Assembly: GCF_000195955.2 (NCBI RefSeq)
Contig: NC_000962.3
Location: 1,800,001-1,832,000 of the forward strand
DNA: 32,000 nucleotides
Direction of reading: 5' to 3'
Source of the DNA: Mycobacterium tuberculosis H37Rv
Lineage (GTDB): Bacteria; Actinomycetota; Actinomycetes; Mycobacteriales; Mycobacteriaceae
The position numbers and the translations under genes were made by a program. Position 1 is the first letter of the stretch. Every line of letters starts with the position of its first letter. Positions 21,694 to 28,864 of the stretch are shown piece after piece. Below the pieces are notes generated by a model. The model saw nothing but the letters and a program-made list of their open reading frames with translations, was not told the DNA's origin and did not search any database.

Positions 21694-23273
21694 CGTCGGA
21701 AACCATCCGAGTTCACTTCGACGACCCGGTCACCGGCCGCGGCGACCTGCTGGCGATGGGCGACGACCAGCACCGTCGCACCCGCGCGGGCACGCTCGAC
21801 AATGGCGCCCAACACGTGTTGTTCGGTGCGGGCGTCCAGGTGCGCGGTGGGCTCGTCGAGCAGCAGCACCGCAGCCGGTGATCCGAGCGCGCGGGCCAGG
21901 CCCAGCCGTTGCCGCTGCCCCAGGGATAACCCGACACCACCGCGCCCCAGCACGGTATCCAGCCCGCGGGGCAACTCGTCTAGTACAGCGTCGAATCCGG
22001 CTGCTGCGCAGGCACGCTCGAGATCATCCACAGGGCCCAGCAGAACCAGGTTGTGGCGGACGGTTCCTGGGACCAGCACCGGCCGCTGCGGCAGCCACGA
22101 CAGTTGCCGCCACCAGGCAGCCGGTGCCAGGTTGGTGACGTCGACTCCGGCGACCGTGATTCGTCCTGACGACGGTGCGGTGAGCCCGGCGATCGCTTGC
22201 AGCGTAGTGCTCTTGCCGGCGCCGTTTCGGCCGGTCAGCACCGTCACCCGACCGGGTTCGATGTCTGCGGTGAGATCATACGGTGCGCGGCCGTCGCGGC
22301 CTCTGACACTGAGTCTCTCCAGGCGAATCACCCCGCCGCGCGCGGTGACCGTTCGTCGGCCGGGTGTTGGTGAGGGTGACTCGCCGAGGAGGGCGAATGC
22401 CTTGTCGGCCGCGGTTCTGCCGTCAGCTGCGGCATGAAACTGGACCCCAACGCGACGCAGCGGCCAGTACACCTCCGGCGCCAATAGCAGCACCGTCAAA
22501 CCGGCCGTCAGGCTCATCTCCCCGAAGACCAGCCGTAGCCCGATGCCCACCGCGACCAGGGCCACGCCCAGCGTGGCCAGCAATTCGAGCACCAGGGCCG
22601 ACAAGAACGCGATCCGCAGCGTCGCCATCGCCGACCGCCGGTGGTCAGCAGACAGTTCCGCGATGCGTTGTTCCGGGCCGGAAGCACGGCCCAGCGCCCG
22701 CAGGGTGGGGATGCCGGCAATCAGGTCTAACAACCGGGCCTGGACGGCGGTCATGGCCGCCAGCGCGGCCGCCGAGGGGTTAGTGGTAGCCAGCCCGATC
22801 AGCACCATGAAGATCGGTATCAGGGGCAGTGTGATCACCACAATGGCCATTGACTTCAAGTCATAGAGCCCGATCACGGCGACGGTGGCCGGGGTCAGGA
22901 TCGCGGCCAGCAGCAACGTGGGCAAATAGCCGGTGAAGTAGGGCCGCAAGCCGTCCAGGCCCCGGGTAATCAGCACCGCGGCGGCGTCTCGCTGCGCAGC
23001 CAGTTGGCTGGGTCGGCGGGCGGTTACCGCGGTCAGCACCTGACCGGACAGGTCGGCGATCACTGCGCTGGCGCCGCGCTGGGCCAGGCGCGCTTGTAGC
23101 CACTGAATCGACGCACGCAACCCCCACAGCACCAACAGGATTGACAGTGGCCCTAGCCAACGACGCAGGCCAGCCATCCCAGGGTTGGCGGGGTCGATGA
23201 CGCCGGCGACGATGCTTGCCAACACGATCGCCGAGCCGATGGCGCAGCCGGAGATCCCGACCCCGCAGGCCAC
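21690..23273 (-). CDS. cydD: Cytochrome bd-associated ABC exporter subunit CydD (5' end uncertain, see findings)
   Basis: 527-aa ORF from GTG 23273. Walker A GRNGAGKSTT, signature LSLGQRQRL, Walker B LLLDEP. The upstream in-frame codons still look like coding sequence. Confidence 0.9.
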   Translation of the reverse strand: MACGVGISGCAIGSAIVLASIVAGVIDPANPGMAGLRRWLGPLSILLVLWGLRASIQWLQARLAQRGASAVIADLSGQVLTAVTARRPSQLAAQRDAAAVLITRGLDGLRPYFTGYLPTLLLAAILTPATVAVIGLYDLKSMAIVVITLPLIPIFMVLIGLATTNPSAAALAAMTAVQARLLDLIAGIPTLRALGRASGPEQRIAELSADHRRSAMATLRIAFLSALVLELLATLGVALVAVGIGLRLVFGEMSLTAGLTVLLLAPEVYWPLRRVGVQFHAAADGRTAADKAFALLGESPSPTPGRRTVTARGGVIRLERLSVRGRDGRAPYDLTADIEPGRVTVLTGRNGAGKSTTLQAIAGLTAPSSGRITVAGVDVTNLAPAAWWRQLSWLPQRPVLVPGTVRHNLVLLGPVDDLERACAAAGFDAVLDELPRGLDTVLGRGGVGLSLGQRQRLGLARALGSPAAVLLLDEPTAHLDARTEQHVLGAIVERARAGATVLVVAHRQQVAAAGDRVVEVNSDGFRR

Positions 23274-23359
23274 CGTGCTGAGTAGATAGCGGCGCAGCGC
23301 CGCCGATGCCTGCCACAGCCGCGGATCCAGGGGCGCCCGGGTTCCCCGGGCCTTGGTGC

Positions 23360-24400
23360 TCAGGGCGCGCGCCTCGCCAGACCGGTGGGTGGAGGTATCC
23401 GTTCAGCTGAGATCCGTTGCCGGAAAACCCAATACGTCCATGTCTGGTACGCCACCGTCAGTGGAGCGAAGAACGCGGTCACCCACGTCATGATCTTGAG
23501 GGTGTACGGGGTCGACGACGCGTTATGGATCGTTAGGCTCCACTGCGGGTTCAGGGTTGAGGGCACCAGGTTCGGGTACAGCGCGCCGAACAGCAGCACC
23601 ACCACAGCCGCCACGACTATCAACGTGCACATGAACGCCCAGCCGTCGGACACCCGCCGCCACACTAAGACCGTCGCCGCCGCCTGCGCGCACCCCGCAA
23701 CTGCCAGCACCAGCCACGTCCAGTCTTTGCCGTATGCCAGTTGCGTCCAAAGTCCAAAGCCCGCAACCAGTCCCGCCACAGGAAGCGAAAGCCATACGGC
23801 GAATCGGTAGGCATCGTCGCGGATCGGCCCGGAGGTTTTCAAAGCGATGAACACCGCGCCGTAGAGCGAGAACAGTCCGGCGGTCGCCAGACCGCCCAGC
23901 AGGGTGTAGGCGTTGAGCACGTCGGGAATCGACAGGGCAACATGACCGTTCGCGTCTACCGGGAGTCCGCGGACCAGAATGGCGAACGCCACACCCCACA
24001 ACAGGGCAGGCAGCCAGGATCCCGCCGCGATCCCGAAGTCTGCCCCGGTCCGCCATTTCGGGTCGTCGATCTTGCCGCGCCATTCGATGGCGACGGCGCG
24101 CAGGATCATACCGAACAGGATCGCCAGCAGCGGCAGATACAGCGCGGAGAACACGGTCGCGTACCAGCCGGGAAACGCGGCGAATATGGCCGCGCCGGCG
24201 GTGATCAGCCAGACTTCGTTGCCGTCCCAGACCGGTCCGATGGTGTTGAGTGCCGTGCGCCGGTGGGTCTCCGGATCGCCCATACCGACATGAGCGAACG
24301 GCGCCATCAGCATGCCCACGCCGAAGTCGAACCCTTCTAGGATGAAGAAACCGAGGAACAGCGCTGCGATGACACCGAACCACAATTCTTGGAGTACCAC
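23360..24400 (-). CDS. cydB: Cytochrome bd ubiquinol oxidase subunit II
   Basis: Start at GTG 24400 inside track ORF 23360..24544, giving 346 aa, preceded by GGAAAGGAGC. CydB-type N-terminus LQELWFGVIAALFLGFFILEGFDFG. Confidence 0.92.
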   Translation of the reverse strand: MVLQELWFGVIAALFLGFFILEGFDFGVGMLMAPFAHVGMGDPETHRRTALNTIGPVWDGNEVWLITAGAAIFAAFPGWYATVFSALYLPLLAILFGMILRAVAIEWRGKIDDPKWRTGADFGIAAGSWLPALLWGVAFAILVRGLPVDANGHVALSIPDVLNAYTLLGGLATAGLFSLYGAVFIALKTSGPIRDDAYRFAVWLSLPVAGLVAGFGLWTQLAYGKDWTWLVLAVAGCAQAAATVLVWRRVSDGWAFMCTLIVVAAVVVLLFGALYPNLVPSTLNPQWSLTIHNASSTPYTLKIMTWVTAFFAPLTVAYQTWTYWVFRQRISAERIPPPTGLARRAP

Positions 24401-24429
24401 CGGCTGCTCCTTTCCGGGGTCAGTTGGCC

Positions 24430-25887
24430 TCAGTAAGCAAACGACAATGGTGCTACCTCGTCGTCGCGGGGTGCCCCGTGCGCAGCCGGTTCCGCGTCGT
24501 GTTCCAGGGGGCCTTCGACGATGTAACGCTTGAGCAGCCAGCACCAGATGACCGCAAGTACCGCGTAGACCAAGGTGAACATCAGCAAAGACGTGGCGAC
24601 CACGGTGGCGGAGTGATCCGAGACGCCTGCTTTGACGGTGAGTCGAACCAGCTGATCACCGGTCGGGTTAGGGACGACGACCCAGGGCTGGCGCCCCATC
24701 TCGGTGAACACCCATCCGGCGCTGTTGGCCAGGAACGGGGCGGGCATGGTTAGCAGCGCCAGCCAGGAGAACCAGCGTTGATTGGGGATCTGGCCGCCAC
24801 GGGTGAGCCAGAGCGCAATCAGTGCGAACAGCACCGGGATCGCCATCAACCCGATCATCATGCGAAATGACCAGTAGGTGACGAAGAGGTTGGGCCGGTA
24901 GTCGTTTGGTCCGAAGCGCTGCTGGTATTCCTGCTGCAGATCGCGGATACCCTGCAACGTCACACCGCTGATCCGGCCCTCGGCGAGGAACGGCAACACA
25001 TAGGGCACTTCGATGACACGGGTGAGGCTGTCGCAGTTGTTTTGCCGGCCGACCGTCAGGACAGAGAAGTTTGGATCTGTCTGGGTATCGCACAACGATT
25101 CGGCCGACGCCATCTTCATCGGCTGCTGCTGGAACATCAGCTTGCCTTGGTGGTCGCCGGTGAACAACAACCCGGCCGTGGCGGCCAACGCAACCCAACA
25201 CCCCAGGATGGTCGCGGGACGATACATGGCTTGGGTATCTGAGTCGGCGTGCGTGGTGCTCGAACGGACCAGCCACCAGGCGCTCACCGCGGCGACGAAG
25301 GTCCCGGCGGTCAGCAGCGCACCGCTGACAGTGTGGGTAAACGCCGCCTGTGCGGTGTTGTTGGTCAGCAGCACGACGATGCTGCTCAACTCGGCACGCC
25401 CGGTGGTCGGGTTGTAGTGCGCGCCGACCGGATGCTGCATGAAGGAGTTTGCCGCGATGATGAAGAACGCGGACACGTTGACCGCGATTGCGACGATCCA
25501 GATGCAGGCCAGATGCACCAGCCGGGGCAGCCTGTTCCAGCCGAAGATCCACAACCCGATGAAGGTGGATTCGAAGAAGAAGGCCGCCAGGCCCTCCATG
25601 GCCAGCGGGGCGCCGAAGACATCGCCGACGAATCGGGAGTACTCGCTCCAGTTCATGCCGAACTGAAATTCCTGCACGATTCCGGTCGCCACGCCGATGG
25701 CAAAGTTGATCAGGAACAATTTGCCGAAGAATTTGGTGAGGCGATACCAGGCGGGGTTATCGGTGACGACCCACAGCGTTTGCATGACCGCGATCAGCGG
25801 GGCCAGGCCGATGGTCAGCGGTACGAAAATGAAGTGATAGACGGTGGTGATACCGAACTGCCACCGCGAAATGTCGACGACATTCAT
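24430..25887 (-). CDS. cydA: Cytochrome bd ubiquinol oxidase subunit I
   Basis: 485-aa ORF. CydA N-terminus SRWQFGITTVYHFIFVPLTIG and a Q-loop region. GGAGA lies 8 nt upstream of the ATG. Confidence 0.95.
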   Translation of the reverse strand: MNVVDISRWQFGITTVYHFIFVPLTIGLAPLIAVMQTLWVVTDNPAWYRLTKFFGKLFLINFAIGVATGIVQEFQFGMNWSEYSRFVGDVFGAPLAMEGLAAFFFESTFIGLWIFGWNRLPRLVHLACIWIVAIAVNVSAFFIIAANSFMQHPVGAHYNPTTGRAELSSIVVLLTNNTAQAAFTHTVSGALLTAGTFVAAVSAWWLVRSSTTHADSDTQAMYRPATILGCWVALAATAGLLFTGDHQGKLMFQQQPMKMASAESLCDTQTDPNFSVLTVGRQNNCDSLTRVIEVPYVLPFLAEGRISGVTLQGIRDLQQEYQQRFGPNDYRPNLFVTYWSFRMMIGLMAIPVLFALIALWLTRGGQIPNQRWFSWLALLTMPAPFLANSAGWVFTEMGRQPWVVVPNPTGDQLVRLTVKAGVSDHSATVVATSLLMFTLVYAVLAVIWCWLLKRYIVEGPLEHDAEPAAHGAPRDDEVAPLSFAY

Positions 25888-25997
25888 CTGTCATCTCCGG
25901 AGATACTACGGGGCCGACTGATTTGGCTACGACGAAGTGTAGTAGGCACGAGTGGGCCCGCGCTACTGGCAATCGTGGGTGCACCGCGATTCTGCGG

Positions 25998-26585
25998 TCA
26001 GCCGAGCGTCTGCGAAGCCTTGCGGATGGCGAACGACGACGCGATCTCGCATGTGCCGATCACCACGAGCCAGATGCCGACGACCAACGCCAGTATCCAG
26101 ATGGACTCGAACGGCGATGCCATCACCACAATGCCGGCGATGAGGCTGATCACGCCGACGAAGATGGACCATCCCCGTCCCGGCAGCATCGGATCACTAA
26201 TCGCCGAAACCGTGGTGGCGACGCCGCGGAAGATGAACCCGATGCCGATCCAGATGGCCAGCAACAGAACCGCGTCACCGAAATGGCGAAAGGCCAGCAC
26301 AGCCAGGATGAGTGAGGCGGCACCGCTGATGAACAACAGGATCCGGCCGCCCGCCGAAACATGCAGGCTGAACGCGAACGCAACCTGAGCGACACCGGTA
26401 ATCAGGAGGTAGACACCGAACGCCATGGCAGCAACGAGAATGGATATTCCTGGCCAGGCCAGCACCAGGACGCCCAGGATCAGCGACAGAATTCCCGATG
26501 CCAGAGTGGACTTCCAGAGATGCGGCAACAACCTTGGGAGAGGGCTCACGACAGGGCTTGGTTCCATGGGCGCAGTGTGACACAT
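25998..26585 (-). CDS. HdeD/DUF308-like integral membrane protein (Rv1624c-like)
   Basis: 195-aa ORF with six regularly spaced hydrophobic helices and repeated GxxxIxxGxxxL patterns. An alternative start is at Met7. Confidence 0.78.
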   Translation of the reverse strand: MCHTAPMEPSPVVSPLPRLLPHLWKSTLASGILSLILGVLVLAWPGISILVAAMAFGVYLLITGVAQVAFAFSLHVSAGGRILLFISGAASLILAVLAFRHFGDAVLLLAIWIGIGFIFRGVATTVSAISDPMLPGRGWSIFVGVISLIAGIVVMASPFESIWILALVVGIWLVVIGTCEIASSFAIRKASQTLG

Positions 26586-26613
26586 GTAGCGGCCCCGGGA
26601 TAGCGCTTGGCGG

Positions 26614-27945
26614 TCAGACCCCTGCCGTGCGGGGTTCGGCCCCGCGCACCTCGCCGGGATCTGCGGCTACCTTGCGGCCGATGAGGTACCACGTGCGCAT
26701 TACGCCTTTCCCCTTGACGTTTATGTGGCCGCGCTCGCGCAACACGAAGTCGTCCTTGAGACGCTCGTAAACCTCGTCTGGCACCTGAATTTGCCCCACC
26801 GAATCGGTGGATTCCATCCGCGACGCGACATTGACCGCGTCGCCCCACACGTCGTAGAAGAACCGTCGAGAACCCACCACACCCGCCACCACCGGGCCGG
26901 TGGCCAGGCCCACCCGCAGCGGCACCGGGTTGCCGCGTGGATCCTTCAATTGCGCTGCGACATTGGTCATGTCGAGCGCAAAGTCCGCCAGTGCTTGCGT
27001 ATGGTCAGGCCGGGGCCGCGGAACGCCGCTGACAACCATGTAGGAGTCCCCGCTGACCTTGATTTTCTCCAGCCCGTGCTGGTCGACCAGCTCGTCGAAA
27101 GCGCTGTAGAGGCGGTCCAGGAACCGGACCAGGTCCGCCGGCGCGGTGCTACTGGCGCGTTCGGTGAACCCGACGATGTCGGCGAACAGCACCGAGGCCT
27201 CGTCGTATTTATCGGCGATGATGTTTCGCTCGGGTTCTTTAAGCCGCTCGGCGATGCTGGCCGGCAACATGTTGGCCAGCAGTGCTTCGGAGCGGTCGTG
27301 CTCCGCCTCCATGACCGCCTCCGCGCGCGCAGTATCACGCAGCGCGAACCACACCGTTGCGACCGCTACCCCGCAGGCGGAGACGGTCGTGAGGACGAAA
27401 CTTACCGACATGGCCCAGGGCGGCTGAAGCCCAGTATCGGGCGGGACCAGGAACTCCAGGGCAATCACCAGACCGGCGGCGACCGCCGCTAGGCCCACCG
27501 CTAACGCGGTGTGTTCGATGCCGACCAGCAACACCACCAACGCGGCGGCTACCAAGAAGAAGAACTGGGCACCCGCGTCGGTGCCCACATCCCAGCCGAT
27601 GGCGAAGATCGCCACATAGGCGGTGCCGATGAACGTAAGCGGTGCCACCAATCCCCCGAAGCGATGTAGCAGGGGCACGATCGCGAAAGTAACCGCGGTG
27701 AAGACGTTGATCAGGGCGATGTACCAGCCCCCGGCCCCGGTCGCTAGTTGCATTAGCGCGAAGCTCCCGGTTACCACGACAGCGAGCCAGGCGGTGATGG
27801 TAAGCACGCGCTGCCGCCGCGCGACGCTTTCGGCGTAGTGCTGCGTGGGAGCGCGGGCCTGAGTGCGCACGGCCGTGACACAGTCTGGGCGTCGTGTCGA
27901 GCCATCCGCTGCTATCGGTGGGGCGCCGCATTTTCTTGCCGCCAC
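26614..27945 (-). CDS. cya: Membrane-anchored class III adenylyl cyclase (6 TM + one catalytic domain)
   Basis: 443-aa ORF with a GTG start. Six N-terminal TM helices, then a cyclase homology domain: VLFADIVGFT, GDSYMVVSG, FYDVWGDAVNVASRMES. Confidence 0.94.
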   Translation of the reverse strand: MAARKCGAPPIAADGSTRRPDCVTAVRTQARAPTQHYAESVARRQRVLTITAWLAVVVTGSFALMQLATGAGGWYIALINVFTAVTFAIVPLLHRFGGLVAPLTFIGTAYVAIFAIGWDVGTDAGAQFFFLVAAALVVLLVGIEHTALAVGLAAVAAGLVIALEFLVPPDTGLQPPWAMSVSFVLTTVSACGVAVATVWFALRDTARAEAVMEAEHDRSEALLANMLPASIAERLKEPERNIIADKYDEASVLFADIVGFTERASSTAPADLVRFLDRLYSAFDELVDQHGLEKIKVSGDSYMVVSGVPRPRPDHTQALADFALDMTNVAAQLKDPRGNPVPLRVGLATGPVVAGVVGSRRFFYDVWGDAVNVASRMESTDSVGQIQVPDEVYERLKDDFVLRERGHINVKGKGVMRTWYLIGRKVAADPGEVRGAEPRTAGV

Positions 27946-27952
27946 GAACTAA

Positions 27953-27958
27953 AGCCTA
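27953..27958 (-). promoter_or_regulatory. Candidate -10 hexamer (TAGGCT) for a leaderless cya transcript
   Basis: The minus strand reads TAGGCT, then 7 nt (TTAGTTC), then GTG 27945, with no SD. Confidence 0.35.
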
Positions 27959-28011
27959 ATCGGTGAGTTAGCGTTTACCGACTCTGTCGGCGCTTTCCGG
28001 GTGCGTTCGCT

Positions 28012-28088
28012 TGGTGCCCTCGGTGGGATTCGAACCCACACTGGACGGGTTTTGAGTCCGTTTCCTCTGCCAGTTGGGATACGAGGGC
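28012..28088 (-). tRNA. tRNA, 77 nt including encoded CCA; anticodon read by hand as CAA (nominally Leu) but with class I (short variable loop) geometry
   Basis: The reverse complement folds as GCCCTCG-TA-TCCC-AACTGGCAG-AGGA-A-ACGGA-CTCAAAA-CCCGT-CCAGT-GTGGG-TTCGAAT-CCCAC-CGAGGGC-A-CCA. The acceptor stem is a perfect 7 bp, with canonical GG in the D-loop and a GTTCGAATC T-loop. Confidence 0.9.
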
Positions 28089-28179
28089 TTGATCCGGTCT
28101 CCTACTCTAGAGGAGCCACGTCCCGACTCACCGCCCCCCGAGGTTCCCGATCGCGCCCGCTCACGACACAATGTCCGTC

Positions 28180-28797
28180 ATGACCGGCCCCACCACCGAC
28201 GCCGATGCCGCTGTCCCACGTCGGGTCTTGATCGCGGAAGATGAAGCGCTCATCCGCATGGACCTGGCCGAGATGTTGCGAGAGGAGGGATATGAAATTG
28301 TCGGCGAGGCCGGCGACGGCCAGGAAGCCGTCGAGCTGGCCGAGCTGCACAAGCCCGACCTGGTGATCATGGACGTGAAGATGCCGCGCCGGGACGGGAT
28401 CGACGCCGCATCCGAAATCGCCAGCAAACGTATTGCCCCGATCGTGGTGCTGACCGCGTTCAGCCAGCGTGATCTGGTCGAACGTGCGCGTGATGCCGGG
28501 GCGATGGCATACCTGGTAAAGCCTTTCAGCATCAGCGACCTGATTCCAGCGATTGAATTGGCGGTCAGCCGGTTCAGGGAGATCACCGCGTTGGAAGGCG
28601 AGGTGGCGACGCTATCTGAACGGTTGGAAACCCGCAAGCTGGTGGAACGAGCAAAAGGCCTGCTGCAGACCAAACATGGGATGACCGAGCCGGACGCTTT
28701 CAAGTGGATTCAACGTGCCGCCATGGATCGGCGCACCACCATGAAGCGGGTGGCCGAAGTCGTGCTGGAAACCCTCGGAACACCCAAAGACACCTGA
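28180..28797 (+). CDS. pdtaR: Response regulator with ANTAR RNA-binding output domain
   Basis: ATG 28180 inside track ORF 28171..28797, giving 205 aa. Receiver domain (VLIAEDE, DLVIMDVKMP) followed by an ANTAR helix bundle (RKLVERAKGLLQ...EPDAFKWIQRAAMDRRTTMKRVAEVVL). Confidence 0.93.
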   Translation: MTGPTTDADAAVPRRVLIAEDEALIRMDLAEMLREEGYEIVGEAGDGQEAVELAELHKPDLVIMDVKMPRRDGIDAASEIASKRIAPIVVLTAFSQRDLVERARDAGAMAYLVKPFSISDLIPAIELAVSRFREITALEGEVATLSERLETRKLVERAKGLLQTKHGMTEPDAFKWIQRAAMDRRTTMKRVAEVVLETLGTPKDT

Positions 28798-28799
28798 GG

Positions 28800-28859
28800 G
28801 CGAGCAGACGCAAAATCGCCCATTTCGTACCCGAAATGGGCGATTTTGCGTCTGCTCGC
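28800..28859. terminator. Perfect 28-bp-stem, 4-nt-loop hairpin between convergent pdtaR and Rv1627c; candidate bidirectional terminator
   Basis: 28800-28827 (GCGAGCAGACGCAAAATCGCCCATTTCG) is the exact reverse complement of 28832-28859, with loop TACC. It starts 3 nt after the pdtaR stop and ends 5 nt before the Rv1627c stop. There is no U-tract on either strand. Confidence 0.7.
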
Positions 28860-28864
28860 GGAAC

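Noticed and set aside
21049-22437. 462-aa plus-strand ORF (and the overlapping ORFs 20696..21376 and 21533..22138)
   Set aside because: It is entirely antisense to cydD/cydC, which have clear ABC-transporter motifs. The translation is Arg/Pro/Gly/Ser-rich with no recognisable domain. This is a typical open antisense frame in high-GC DNA.
25937-25949. CRP-like GTG…CAC element upstream of cydA
   Set aside because: The spacing is GTG-N7-CAC rather than the N8 required by TGTGA-N6-TCACA, and the flanks are poor. This is not enough to call a site by eye.
25249-26388. 379-aa plus-strand ORF spanning the cydA 5' end and Rv1624c
   Set aside because: It is antisense to two membrane-protein genes with good hydrophobic periodicity. 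The translation is highly charged, and the ORF crosses an intergenic region without any start signal.
27946-28170. tRNA as an integration hotspot (prophage or island att site)
   Set aside because: There is no integrase gene, no direct repeat of the tRNA 3' end in the window, and no GC or coding-density discontinuity on either side. The flanking genes are conserved housekeeping or regulatory genes.
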